DNA from: Lama glama | Taxonomy: Eukaryota | Direction: 5' to 3' | Assembly (NCBI GenBank): GCA_028534125.1 | Contig: CM052817.1 | Location: forward strand, 7,628,001-7,692,000 | DNA: 64,000 nucleotides | In this document: positions 1 through 13,085 of the stretch, piece after piece | Position numbering within the stretch: the stretch's first letter is position 1 | Layout of the letters: each line of letters opens with the position of its first letter | Translations under genes and position numbers: made by a program | The notes under the pieces: model-generated | The model's input: the letters and a program-made list of their open reading frames with translations, nothing else | The model's database searches: none | What the model was told of the DNA's origin: nothing

Positions 1-566
1 ATAGTTTTGCTAGAAAATGAGACTTTATCAAAGGGAGAGAAGGTGAAAGGTCACCAGTTCTATTGGCGCGATTATTATCTTTACGTAGCTAGAGTGGCAA
101 AAGAAATGATCCCAAACAGAGCAAAACAAAACAGACCTCACCAAAGCACTTCAAGATGAGCCCCCAGAAGCCATCACCCCAGACCCACTGGCTTCATCTT
201 CATCCATCATCCTGGGCCCTGTTGACAAGAGTCGATTGGGTTCTCCATCTCTCCACGCTGCAGCAGGTTTCATCATGGCGAACCACTCGGAGGACACCAG
301 GGATGAGGACTTGCAAGGAGGCAATCACTATAGTAAGAAAGATGCTGCCACTTCTGAGCACCTACACCAGCCCTGAAACTGTGCTTCCTGTTTATTACAT
401 CAGTTGTCAGTCCACAAAATGTTACCTCCACTGCTTTGCCAATGAAGCAACTGGGGCTTAAGTAAATGGGCAAATAGTAGATATCCCAGGGATATTTTTG
501 GTTTTGGTGTTAATAAATATAGTAATGGATATCATATCAGAAGTAGCCACTTAAGTAACCACTTCT

Positions 567-1462
567 CTTTTTTAATTTTTTTTTTATTAAGGTTAGTCAG
601 TTTACAGTGTGTCAATTTCTGGTGTACAGCATAATGTCTCAGTCATATATAGACATATATATATATATATATTTGTTTTCATATTCTTTTTCATTATAGG
701 TTTCTACAAGATATTGAATATAGTCCCCTTTGCTATAAAGAAGAAACTTGTTTGTCTATTTTATATATAACAGTTAGTGTTTGTAAATCTTGAACTCTCA
801 ATTTATCCCTTCCCATCCCTTTTCCCTCCATGGAACCATAAGTTTGTTTATTGTGTCTGCAAGTCTGTTTCTGTTTTGTAGATGAGTTCATTAGTGTTTT
901 CTTTTTTATTTTTTTAGATTCCACATATGAGTGATGTCATATTGTATTTTTCTTTCTCTTTCTGACTTACTTTACTTAGAATGATAATCTCCAGCTCCAT
1001 CCATGTTGCTGCAAATGGCACTATTTTATTCTTTTTTATGGCTGAGTAGTAGTCCATTGTGTAAATACATCACAGCTTCTTTATCCAGTCATCTGTTGAT
1101 GGATATTTAGGTTGTTTCTGTGTCTTGGCTGTTGTAAATAGTGCTGCTATGGACATTGGGGTGTATGTATGCATTTGAGTTATAGCTCCCTTTGGATATA
1201 TGCCCAGGAGTGGGATTGCTGGATCATAAGGTAGGTCTATTTGTGGTTTTTTGAGGAATCCCCATACTGTCTTCCATAATGGCTGCACCAAACTATATTC
1301 CCACAAAGAGTGTAGTGAGGTTCCCTTTTCTCCACACCCTCTCCAGCATTTATCATTAGTAGAGTTTTTAATGATGGCCATTCTGACCACTGTGAGGTGA
1401 TACCTCATTGTAGTTTTGATTTGCATTTCTCTGATAATTAGTGATACAGAGCATTTTTTCAC
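567..1462 (-). mobile_element. LINE-1 3' end, 5'-truncated, relatively young (ORF2 C-terminus + 3'UTR + poly-A)
   Basis: Minus ORF 1070-1462 reads [54 protein letters not shown], the L1 ORF2p C-terminal Cys-rich region. Poly-T at ~567-585 is the tail. Confidence 0.97.
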
Positions 1463-1509
1463 GCATAAACACCTTTCTTAGTGTCTCAGAAAATGTACCT
1501 TAAGGGACT

Positions 1510-1581
1510 TGAGGGGAGAGAGAAGCAAGATGGTGGAGTAGAAGGATGCTTGTAGCTCACCCTCTCCCACAAATACACCAA
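1510..1581 (+). mobile_element. LINE-1 5'UTR start, running into an assembly gap
   Basis: gaggggagagagaagCAAGATGGtggagtagaaggatg..ctcaccctctcccacaaatacacca; the AAGATGG (YY1-type) motif is typical of L1 5' termini. Confidence 0.75.
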
Positions 1582-2081
1582 NNNNNNNNNNNNNNNNNNN
1601 NNNNNNNNNNNNNNNNNNNNNNNNNNNNNNNNNNNNNNNNNNNNNNNNNNNNNNNNNNNNNNNNNNNNNNNNNNNNNNNNNNNNNNNNNNNNNNNNNNNN
1701 NNNNNNNNNNNNNNNNNNNNNNNNNNNNNNNNNNNNNNNNNNNNNNNNNNNNNNNNNNNNNNNNNNNNNNNNNNNNNNNNNNNNNNNNNNNNNNNNNNNN
1801 NNNNNNNNNNNNNNNNNNNNNNNNNNNNNNNNNNNNNNNNNNNNNNNNNNNNNNNNNNNNNNNNNNNNNNNNNNNNNNNNNNNNNNNNNNNNNNNNNNNN
1901 NNNNNNNNNNNNNNNNNNNNNNNNNNNNNNNNNNNNNNNNNNNNNNNNNNNNNNNNNNNNNNNNNNNNNNNNNNNNNNNNNNNNNNNNNNNNNNNNNNNN
2001 NNNNNNNNNNNNNNNNNNNNNNNNNNNNNNNNNNNNNNNNNNNNNNNNNNNNNNNNNNNNNNNNNNNNNNNNNNNNNNNNN
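1582..2081. other. Assembly gap (500 N)
   Basis: Run of exactly 500 N. Confidence 1.
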
Positions 2082-2123
2082 TGCACCAGCTTCCCCACCC
2101 CAAGCAAGCCATTCAACACCTTT

Positions 2124-2335
2124 GCATAGTGGTTATGTCCATGGACTTATGAGCTGACCTACCTGAGCTGGCTCCGTTCCCCAACTATGAAAACTTGGAC
2201 AATCAGCATAGCAATTCTGTGCTTCAGTTTCCTTATTTATAAAGCAAGGATAATAGTGTCCTGTATTCCCATAGAAAATTAAATGTGTTAGTACAGGTAA
2301 AATGTTCATAAAGGTGCCCAGCCCAGAGTAAAGAG
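2124..2335 (+). mobile_element. MIR SINE
   Basis: gcatagtggtta..ctgtgcttcagtttccttatttataaagcaaggataatagt..aaatgtgttagtacaggtaaaatg matches the MIR core and tail. Confidence 0.85.
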
Positions 2336-2399
2336 TTAACAGGTAGCAGCTAGTATTGTCCTTAGAGATGAGAATCTGTGTCCTCCTCTGCTAAACAAG

Positions 2400-2870
2400 A
2401 ACACCTGATCATCCTCAGCAGAGCGTGGTGCGGACAAATCGCTGATGTAATCAAAACCACCCATCAGCGCGCCCTTCCAGCCTTTTGCTTTGGTAGATGC
2501 TTTGGAGAGGAAGTCACTGAACTTCATAAGTTAACTTTTAGAGATAAGTTGGGTGGGAACATTGCTCTAGGACCCAGGTCCTGTATCTACTTTGTTTTTG
2601 TTTGTTTCATTGGGTTTGCTCTGGGTCATTTACTGACTCATCCACAGCCTCATCACAGGATGAAGCCATGGACAATCTCTCAGAGCTGGGGAGACAAGAG
2701 GGATGGCAGAAGCAGCAGAGACCCGGGTCGGAGGGCCCTGCCTCCTCCGATCAGCCTGCCTCCTCCAATCAGCAGGCTGGCCTGGGGCCTGCCACTCACA
2801 CCCTCTGAGTCTCGTCCAGCACCTTTAAGATGAGAGCAATGGCACCCGCCCCACGGGCTGCCGTGGCATC
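2400..2870. promoter_or_regulatory. Candidate promoter/enhancer (non-repeat, CpG-enriched)
   Basis: Several CpGs, AP-1 TGACTCA at 2634, 18-bp tandem duplication with CCAAT (2738-2773), GC box cccgcccc at ~2845. Confidence 0.35.
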
Positions 2871-4714
2871 CTGAATGTAACATATGTAAAGCATCTCAGA
2901 GAATGGCTTTCTACCCAGCCTCACTTCACCAAACCCTGAAAGTCAGGCCAAATCTACGATTTCCCAGTATTAGCGAAAGAGCTACAGGCCTGTAGTTTTC
3001 CACTGGGAAAAGAGAAACAAAAGGGTCTGTGAATAATTTAAGTACATCCGAATTATAGTACTGATTCAGTTTAAGTGGAGCTCGGTGCTAGGTTAAACAC
3101 CAACCTCGTTTGGGTAGAGTGTAAATGTGAGTACTCAGCGTACGTTACATTTAAGTGAAGAAGAGCTGAAGGATGCGGGTGGCCCCAGGAGGAAGAGGTT
3201 CCATCTAGCTCTTGAATTACACCCCGATTCTTCAAGAATCTTCTTCACCTTCAAGACTACCACCAGGCACCAACAGGATCCCGGGCTCTTCCAAAATTTT
3301 AAACAAAGATGTGCAATGCAGTAATTGTGACTGTCATTTGTTCTAACAGTACTTAATAAGCACCTACTACACTCCAGGCTCTGGTAGCCGCTCAGGACTC
3401 AGGCACAGCCCTCCAAAGCACTCACAGAAATTGAATAAAGAGGCAATTTTCTCAGGCTTAAAAAGCAAGAAAAGATTCATCAGTTTTGGATCCTTCCGCT
3501 AAGGAATTTAGTTGAGCCTATGGAGAAACAGAAAGCTTGGAGAAAAGCCCCTGGAGTCTGGGGAAAAATGGAAGGTGATGGTGTGGCGACACTGGAAACC
3601 ACCACATTCAAGGCAGAAAGAAGGGCATGAGCAAAGGTGCAGGAGCAGAAAATGCACAGAAGGGAAGAGAGCTTCTGAAACGGCTCCCTGGGTCCAGCAA
3701 ACAGAACCCAAGCTATTTGATTTAAATTTTCACTCCACTTTTGCATTTGCTCTCTCCAGGTTTAAGTTTACTTTCTGTGCCACTTTGAAGAGGGAATAGG
3801 AAGATGTAACAGGTGGCAAAGAAGCAGAATTTCATGGCAGAAGCATCCTACTGGCTTCAGGAACCCATATAACCCAGCCCGATGCTGGACGACTGGACCA
3901 CAGCACCTCGACAATGGGCACCTCTGTCTCCTCATCCATAAAACTAAGGGATTGGATAGGATTCCAGACTCTACCAGCCCTAACAATGTTTGATTCTGAA
4001 AATTCTTCAGTACAAACTGGCCAGAGAGAAGATATCTTTCTTCGGAGCCTTCCCCCGGTCCCTCTGGATGCCTGCATGCCCTTGTGTCTCTAATAGGTTC
4101 CTGCATGGCCTCTTTCCCAACACCTGAACATGACGCTGATATTTAGCCCTGAAACACAAAGTAAGGAGTTTCTGCTTTCAAGTGCTGTTTGATACCTAGG
4201 AGTCCTGGTGTGGAGAAGAATGTGTATGTCAATAGAAAACTGAGGTGCATTGTCTACTGAGAGCACACCTTCCCAGGCTCTCAGCTTGTCCTAGTCTGCA
4301 AGCTCTTGTGAAGTGCGGATAATCTACAGCAGTGTAAACTAATCCTTGTCTGTACACGTGCATGTCCAGTCCCGTCTTTAGAGGTCCAATCTACACCCCG
4401 CCTCTACCTGGGAGCAAACCATTTTACCTCCCTTTGTACATTCACTCCAGTATTCTGGACCCATCACTGTGTCTGTTCGCCACGTTCTCTTGTGAACATA
4501 GGACACAGTCTTGGGCCAGTCCCTACCAGTGTGGTTCTCAGATTTCTCACCATGAAATGGGAAGTCCAAGTGGAGCCCAGGGCTGGATGAGTTATAAAAG
4601 CCCTTTCAGCTCCGGCATCTGATACTGTAGACCCACTACGGGTTCACACAGTACTTGATACAAATGCTAATTGAACTTCAGTTTTTTCCTTCTTTTATTT
4701 TTTTCTAAAGGTAG

Positions 4715-5128
4715 GTATATTAGTTCGTTGAGGCTGCCTAACAAAAGATTACATCCTGGATGGGTTAAGTGACAGAAATTTATTTTCTCACAGTTCTGGA
4801 GGCTAGAAGTCCAAGATCAAAGTGTTGGCAGTCCTGACTCCCTCTGTGGACCATGAGGGAAGGATCTGTTCTAAGCCTTTCTTCTTGGCTGGTAGATGGG
4901 TTTCTTCTCATTGTGTCTTTACAAGATTCTCCCTCTGCTGGTGCCTGTATCCCAGTTCCTCCTCTTTTTAGGGTACCAGTCATATTGGACTAGAGCACAC
5001 CCTAATGACCACATTTTAATTTAAGTATCTCTTTAAAGACCTTGTCTCCAAATGCAGTCTCATTCTGAGGTATTGAGGGTTAGGACTTCACAATGAACAT
5101 TTGGGGTGAAATTATTCAGCCCATTACA
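4715..5128 (-). mobile_element. MaLR LTR (MLT1A/B-like)
   Basis: gtatattagtt..cagaaatttattttctcacagttctggaggctagaagtccaagatcaa..attcagcccattaca. Confidence 0.92.
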
Positions 5129-5391
5129 GTGGGATGAAACAAAAATGAGTACACCACTTTGCTTCGGAGTGTGCATGGCGTTTGTGACTAGGCAACAGCT
5201 GAAAGAGACGGGTCCACATCACCATACCCTCTGATAGAAGAGGTTAATGGACTTGCTGGCTGCGAGGACTCAAAACCTATCACTCCTTAAACAGTAATAA
5301 GGCCCTTCTGACTGCCTCTCTGGGTTCCTTATGTCCCCTGCCCTGTCTCACCATACCGTACGCAGCTCCCTGAGTGGAACAGCTCTCCAAT

Positions 5392-5587
5392 CAAGGGGTA
5401 CACAATTTAGTAAATCAAAATACAAGATACCCAATTACATTTGAATTTCAGATAGACAATGAATTATTTTTTGGAATAAGTATGCCCTGTGCAATATTTG
5501 AGACATATTTATACCAAAACAAATTACTTGTTGTTAATCTGAAATTCAAATTTAACTGAGTGCCCTATGCTTTTTCTGACAATGCTG
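5392..5587. mobile_element. MER53-like hAT MITE (palindromic)
   Basis: Internal inverted repeat tttgaatttcagata..tctgaaattcaaa around ccctgtgcaatatttgaga. Confidence 0.85.
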
Positions 5588-5689
5588 CTCCAATTCTTCA
5601 TGGATATACGCATGCTGCTGTGCTTAGAGTTCTCTCTGGTCACCTCCATGCACTTTACACTGATACACTGATCAATTATCATCACCTCT

Positions 5690-6081
5690 TGTTAGGGACT
5701 GGATATTTGTATCCTACTCCCAAATGTGTATGTTGAAGCCTTAACACCCAGTGTGGCTGTATTCAGAGATGAGGCCTCTCAAGAAGTAGTTAAGGTTAAA
5801 TGAGACCCTGATCTATAGGAATAGTGTCTTTAGAAGAATAAGAAGCATCAGAGAGCTCATTCTGCCCCTCTTTCTCCACCTGCACTCAAAAAGGGTGTTG
5901 TGTAAGCACTCAGAGAGATGACCTGCAATCCAAGACTCCAAGAGAAGAGGGCTCAAGAAGAAAGCTAGCTTGTCAGCATCTTGATATTGAACTTCTTAGC
6001 CTCCAGAAATGTGAGAAAATAAGTTTCTGTGATAAGAAATTTATCTGTGATATTTTGTTACACAGCCTTAACAGACGAACA
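5690..6081 (+). mobile_element. MaLR LTR (MLT1A-like)
   Basis: tgttagggactggatatttgt..tatgttgaagccttaacacccagtgtg..cctccagaaatgtgagaaaataagtttctg..gacgaaca. Confidence 0.9.
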
Positions 6082-8112
6082 CACTCCTTAAGATAGCTCA
6101 CCTGGGACTAGTACAACACACAGTTATTATCTCACTACTTGTTGAATGAATGACAAGTCTAGTCACTTTGGATCTTTCTGAGCACAACAGTTACCCACCT
6201 TCTCTCCTAAGAATGAATCTGTTTTAACTTGTCTCCACCGAAACCTGTCATAACACATTACCCAGTATTGTCAGTGCCTGCTCATTCGTTTGCCTACCAC
6301 CAGGGATCCTGGAAGGCAGGGATGATGTGTCATCCATTCATTGTCACACCTCTAACATTAAACAAGGAACCTCCCACACTGAATTCTCACAATTTCCAAT
6401 GGCACACACACACACAAATGACATATAATAAAATGTGATATTATTCAAAATACTTAGGATTTGGAATTTTGACAGTTCTAAGGGGACTGAAATCTGCTTC
6501 TAAATACCTCCTTCAAGTTTCCCACTTCAAATCTTCTCCAAGGTTTTGCCCCATTTGGAGACAATCCACCTATCTGAGTACACATGTCCGGGCACTGCTG
6601 GGATGAGATCAAATGCTTCCTGTCAGAGCTGGGTCTCAACAGCCCTTGGAGGGCTCTCAGTGACCCCTAGAGCCGGTGTGAAAGTGGACCAGCAGCCGGA
6701 TGGCTTCATGTTTCCACATTCTTTCAGCTTGTTTTCTTACTTTGGCAGATACCCAAGAGCATCCCAAATCCTCAAGAGAGATGGAATTTCATGAAAATCC
6801 TTGTTACTTTTGCAAAGCAGAAGATATGAACTCTTGAGCTCAATGAAGAAAGAAGATTTGAAACATATACCAAAGGTTTTCAAGCTATCTGTAATAACTA
6901 TTAAAAGAAAAATACACAAATGAATGGTGAGGTTTTTTTTTTTTTCAACGTTCAGTTCCACCTGGGGACAAAAGTGCCACACATAGCCACCTCTGAAGAT
7001 TAAGACAGGTCAGGGATCACAGAGTTGTGGCCACACAAACAGATTATTCTGTTTCCTGAGACATCATTTATGTTGCAGCTGCCTCCTTGGAAGAGGATCA
7101 TGAGTCACATCGTTCTTCTTTCTTCCATTTGATCCGACACAATGTAAACAAGCAACGTTGAATGGGAAAGGAAACATTTCAGGCAAATGATCTCAGTACA
7201 GTGGGGACTGCTTACCTTGCATAGCCAATGAGCTTGCTCCCTAGCAAGGTCTCATACTAGGAAGAAGCAGTCTTGGGAGTGAATACGTTTGGATAAATGA
7301 ATCAGAAACAATTATTTAACACCGATGACATGACAGGCATTGCAGTTTCTCTTTCTCCACGTGCGATCTCATTTTGCCCAGCCACCCCGGGTGGAAGTGA
7401 CAGAGGTAGTACTTTCCATAAATTGTGACGAGGAAATATGCCCAAAATCATTTGATAAAGGGACAAAGTCAGCACTGAATTCCTGTCTCTTTGACTCTAA
7501 GTAATTATTCACTCAGTGCACATTTCGTTGTAATCAGCTATGTAAATGGTCAATAACTTGGAACAAAAGAATGAATGAGTTACCTTATTTGATCTTATTT
7601 GATTATTTTTGAATTAATAAAATGGAGATACAAAAATGTTAAAAAAAACTTACCTATTTTAACAAGTCTCAAAAGCTGGTGTTTCGATCTTTTCTCTCTT
7701 ATAAAGAAATTGAAAGATGAGAGAAGTCAAGTTTTAAGATATAAACTAGTAGGATGAGGATGAGATGTCAATAAAGTATTACAATGCACCACCACTTGAG
7801 ATATGTTACTTTGGGACAAAAAGTAATAATAACATTCCTTAAAAGTGTTTATAAAAGACTTTCCTTAAGCAATCATAGACCAATTTGGTGTCAACAGACA
7901 GCTCACTGACAAAGAGGAAAAAGTATAGATCAAGATGCTGAGAAAGATATCACTGTAAACAAATGGCCACCAAAGAAATGGAATATTTGGTTTGGATTCA
8001 ATAGCAGTGGTAACCGTGGCAAAACTGCAATAGTAAGACACACCTTAAATACGTGTGACAGCTTTCTTCAGAGTGCTTCACGCAAACTTGAGCAGTTTAG
8101 GGGAAAATTTTG

Positions 8113-8345
8113 GAGTGTAGCTGAGCAGTAAAGACCCTGAGTTACAGAACAGATATGCCTGAGTTTATATTCCAACTCTGCCAGACACCACATGTAGATC
8201 TTGAGAAACTCACCCACCTCTCTGAGCTCCAAGGAGCGGGCATAATAATTACATTTACTTTATTTAATGTTATGGCAATTCAATGAGATAACCTTTGCAA
8301 AGCACATAAACAATACCGGATGTATAATATACTTGGAATAAGCAG
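8113..8345 (+). mobile_element. MIR SINE
   Basis: cctgagtttatattccaactctgcc..cacctctctgagctcc..ttcaatgagataacctttgcaaagcac. Confidence 0.75.
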
Positions 8346-10689
8346 AAAGAATAAAATTACTAAATGAAAACAAAATTTTAAAAAAGAACATATTTGTATC
8401 AGGGCATAAAATATTCTTAGTTCATTCAGGCTAATAACATCACAATTGTAGTTGACTTCTGATGTTGAAATTAGGATACTTTGACCTATTTTCCTTATTA
8501 ATAACCTAAACTTATTTTGCCAAGAATATTATTATTAATCAAGCAAACCGATAAATATCCAATCATAGAGCCATCAATCATAGTTGTAAAGCAGCACTAT
8601 GACATTTGTAGAGGGAGGGGGCTAATACCGCCAGCAATGGAAAAATGAAGTGTCAGGGAGTAAGCACTGAATTAAGAATTAGCATAATTTGGGTCAAATT
8701 TTCACTCAAGTTACATTGTCTCTCTGAGTCTTAGATTCCTCATCCGGGTACAAGTGGCTTGGGCAAAATTTTATGTATGGTTGCTTCCATTTCTCAAATG
8801 GAAGTTATTACCACTTTAATGTTGCTTTAGTAATACCATACAAGTATTAGTAACAATTATTATTATAAATAATTTGAGGTCTACTCCTTCCTGAATCACT
8901 GCTTCAGTCATTAAATCCAATTACCTCATTATCTAAATTCACAGGGATTATAAACCTTGAAAGGCATATACAAGAACGGCTTTGAAGAAACCAATGTGTC
9001 GCCTCATGTATTCATAAAATAATCAAAAGTGTTGAGGCCATATGGTAAAAGGTCCAAGGTTTGCTGCCTCCTTTTTCCAGTCTCGCCTTTGACTCCCATT
9101 TCTAGTCTACATTTTGGAGTATTTATTCACCTTGAGCTTAGACGAGATTCTGCAGTCCCTGAAGGGGATGTGGCGAGATTCATCTCTGAAGAGGGACTTG
9201 GGAGAAAACCAAATTTCATGCCTGTTGGCATTGGGAAGACCGTCGAACTATCAGTCGGGAAGTTTCTTGCAAAAAGTATAAACAGAGAGTTAGAGGGTGG
9301 CCGAGTATCTGACTTCCCCTCTGACTTGAAGCTCTCAGCACCTCCAGCTCACCATCTGCAAGACAGATCACCAGCATGTAACAGACCATTTATTCTGACG
9401 ACCTCGTTTCACTGATGTAGCAATTGCAGCCCCAAAAGTGAAGAAATGTGCCCAGGGTCACAGAACAGGTTAGCGTGGGTCCCAATCAGAGACCACACCC
9501 TCAGCCACCCCTTTCCTTCTCTTAAATCAAGCATGAGTTTGTGACAAGGGAGAATTTGGATAATTGCAAATAACAGGGCACTGTTCCATCACCTTGCCGT
9601 GTCTCAGCCACACCGTGAATTCAGTTTGCTGGAGAGGAGAGATCATGGGCTTCGCTTTCGAGAAGAGCTTAGCTGAATCCCTTGTTTCTTGTTGAATAGC
9701 TGTGTATGTGTTTTCTGGGGTTTTTTTTTTCTTTTTTTTTTTTTTGCCGGGGTGGGGGTTTTTTATTTTTGTTTTTCTAGCTTGTGGGTTACCCTCTCTT
9801 TCCTTCTTTGTAAAACAAGGCTGGTAAGATCTAGTTCGCGAAATAGCTTCTATGTTAAAAGGAAATGTGATAACGTGTCCTGAGGAGTAGAGCACGGTGC
9901 CTGCCACACAGTGAGGACACTAAAAAAAAATCCTCTTCTTTCAGGATGGACAAGTGGGGGGCTTCTGGCATGCAGACAGTTTTTTTTTTTCTTGACAAAG
10001 GTGGTGATATGGGAGTTTGCTCTGTGATTATTTCTAAATTGTACCTATGCACTTTCTGTATTTAAGATAAATCTCACGATTTAGAAAAAAATAAATAGAC
10101 CTTAAATGGTTACCCAGATCATATTATCTTCAGTTCTTGTTTCTAATAAAAAAAAAAACTCTTGTTAACAAAACAAAACAAAAATCCAAAAAAGATAAAG
10201 TAGCTGATCAAATCATCCATCTGAACTAGGAATTCTGCCTCACTGAAAACTTTAAAAGCTATACCAGAAGAGAGAAGTGTCAGTTCCTAAAATCTTACTG
10301 GTTAGTCCTGTTGTGAAATAAAGAATATCTGACACACAAAAAAATTCCTTTTCTCCTCCTGTGCCTCCACCGAGGCTGTGATAACCACACTTCACTCCCC
10401 AACATGCAGGCATTTTTTATAGAATTCCCAGAGATATTTCATACCAATGCTGTTTTTCCAAAATTTATTTCTTCAGTCACATGGCAGAAGGATGCCTACT
10501 GAAAACGCTTTGCCAGGGAATGAAAAGGGAATTCTAAAATATCGTGATTCTGAGACTTCCAGCTACAGGGGACAGATAAAACACACACATACACCCACAA
10601 ACACACTAGACAGACACCTTTACTTTCATCCCCTTCTCCCAACCCACACTTCCCCCTCAAGAGAAACAAAACACTAAAGGGATAGGTCA

Positions 10690-13085
10690 ATTATTTCTAA
10701 AGGCATAAATTCATAAGGACTGAGAGGAAAGAATAGCAGAACAATTTTGGAAGCTGGAGAGCGGATGTCTGGGTTGTAGTAACTAACTTAGCAGACCCAC
10801 AAAAATAGATTCTTAAGCTGGCAGTGAGAGAAGCCAAGAAGCAAGCTGATTTACACCTCAGAGCTCCCCGGAGGCTCAGAAACTGGCAGCATCATATATA
10901 TATACGTACCTCTGAGGATGGGAGAGAAGTGAGGCAAAACGCAAGAGGAACGATTGAAACCCCATTGAAATGTCATCAGATGACTAGAGCCCTCGCTAGT
11001 GCAAACAGCATCCCACTCATCCAGGGAGAAAGGGGGCTTTTCCCCATTAGAAGGTAAAACAAAGTGTCCCTGGGCAGATGGAAGTCAGGCGCCTCTGGAC
11101 ACAAAGATGGGCGTGCCCCAGTGAAAACAGGCAAACAAGTGAACTTTTACATACTCAGTGTTGAGACATGGAGACTTCCCTGCCCTCGCCCTGCTCTGAG
11201 ATTGCAGAGTGCTGGCAGCCAGACTTATGTTGCAGAGATTGAAAGAATCCTCTGTAGAGATTTGGACTCTTAAAGACCAGTAGTGCTGGCTTCAGGGGTT
11301 CGCCAATGAAAACAGCCAGCTAAGTCTCCCTGGTGAAAGCACTGACTGATGCATAGAAACTGCTAATCAGATATTAGTGGCCATCCTTATAAACTGGGAC
11401 TCAGCCAGGGTCACCTGACATTGTAAAAGCATTGGATATAAAAGTCAAAGACGAGAGCGAGAGCGAGAGAGAGGAGAAGAAGAAATTAGAAGAAAGCGAA
11501 ATTGCACAGAAAAAAGAGAACTTAAAACCCTATCAGTGTTATCTTCCAAGGTATAAAAGAATATATGAAATCTAGAAAACAAGAACAGGAAACTATGAAA
11601 CAGGAACTCTCAAAAAGCAACCAAAAAGTTCTTACAACTATAAGAAATATGAAAGAATAGAGAGAAATAAGAGAAAATGTGAGAGAAGAAATCAGAAAAG
11701 TAAGAGAAGCCTTTGAAGATAAAATTCAGTAAACCTCATAAAAAGTAGACCAGAATAATAGAAATGGAAAATGGATGAAACCAACCAACAAACAAAAAAT
11801 GTGCCAGATCCAAGAGATTCAATATATTAGGAATTCCACTCAAAGAGAGTAACAAATTTGGAGATAAAGAATGAACCAAAGAAATAATTAAATAATTTCA
11901 TAAATCTGAAGCATATGAGGTTTTTGTTTTAAAGGATGTAGTGTAATGCATAGAAACAAACCTACCTCAAGACATACCACCAAGAAGTTGCAGAACATTG
12001 GGGGGGAAAAAAAATTTCACAAGCTTCCAGACAAGGGACCAGGTGTTACAGAGCAGGGGATAAACTTAAGATATAGGATCAAGAATCAGTATAAAACTGT
12101 ACTTCTCAACAGCAACACAGGAATCTAGAAGAAAATGGAAAAACATTAAAAAATTTAAGGGAAAATTTTGTCCCCTAATACTGTTATACACAATCTATTG
12201 ATTTCATATGAAGACACAACAAGATATTTTCAGACAGGCAAGGTCTTAAAATTTCTCATCTTGTATTCTTTCTCAGAAATCTCCTGGCAGATTTGATCTG
12301 CTTTAGTTGAAAAAGGATGTAAACCAAGAAAGAGGATACAGTGAGATCCAGGATCCAAATAGTTGACCTCAACACAGGAGAGGAAAAATATCAATCCCCC
12401 TGAGGTTGTCTGTATAGCAGACCCAGTGAGGGGACATGCCCAGGAGAGGCAGGTAAGAAGAGAATACTCTAAGAAAATGACATTTTTTTTAAATGTCTAA
12501 GGTATTTGTGTGTATCCAAAGGAGATTTACACAACTGGCAGGGGTTCCAAGTTGAATTAATCATCAGTACATAGAAAATAAGCAAATGAAACAAAAAGAA
12601 AAAAAAATGAACTTCATGGGTAAATATTTTGCAGGAAAGTAAAGACAATCACATTGTATGATATGGGTCAACTAAGAATAACGTATACGTAGTAATAATA
12701 ATGTAATCCTGAGTATTGAATGAAACAAAGTTGCTCACTAAGTACGCAGGGGAGATAAAGCAATGGGAAATATGCAAAAGAGTAAGAGAAAAAGAGAGAG
12801 GAATAGTGATTGGGTGGCGGATAAAAGAAGACAAAATCCCATTTTCTATATTGGAAAGTCAACATATAACATTTAAAACAGAAAGATCTAAAAGTATAAT
12901 CATGGCATTTAAAGAGATGGATGCAAATAATTAAGTAAAAAAATTACAAGCAGTTGCCTCTGGGAAGAAGATTCTATCTAGGGTGAGGCAGGACCACTAT
13001 TTTTTTTAACAAGTCTTATATAAATATTAGCCTTTTCACACACATACATGTTAATTTTTGATAAGAGTAAAAATTATATTAAAAT
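10690..13085 (+). mobile_element. HAL1 (Half-L1), near full length, decayed
   Basis: A-rich decayed ORF1-like body (aatatattaggaattcc.., cctacctcaagacatacc..) with no ORF2. It ends in a HAL1-type tail (agcagttgcctctgggaag..gggtgaggcaggaccactatttttt..acatgttaatttttgataag..aaaattatattaaaa). Confidence 0.75.

Noticed and set aside
1478..2157. Long ORFs of 203-213 aa
   Set aside because: Artefacts of translating through the N gap.
2378..2883. 151-aa ORF with a PPPIS repeat
   Set aside because: The repeat comes from the 18-bp DNA duplication; no recognisable domain or splice context.
3127..3324. Peptide EEELKDAGGPRRKRFHLALELHPD, vaguely J-domain-like (HPD)
   Set aside because: Short and isolated, with no convincing further homology or splice sites.
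5392..5587. Long hairpin suggesting a pre-miRNA
   Set aside because: Explained by the palindromic MER53-like MITE; no evidence of expression.
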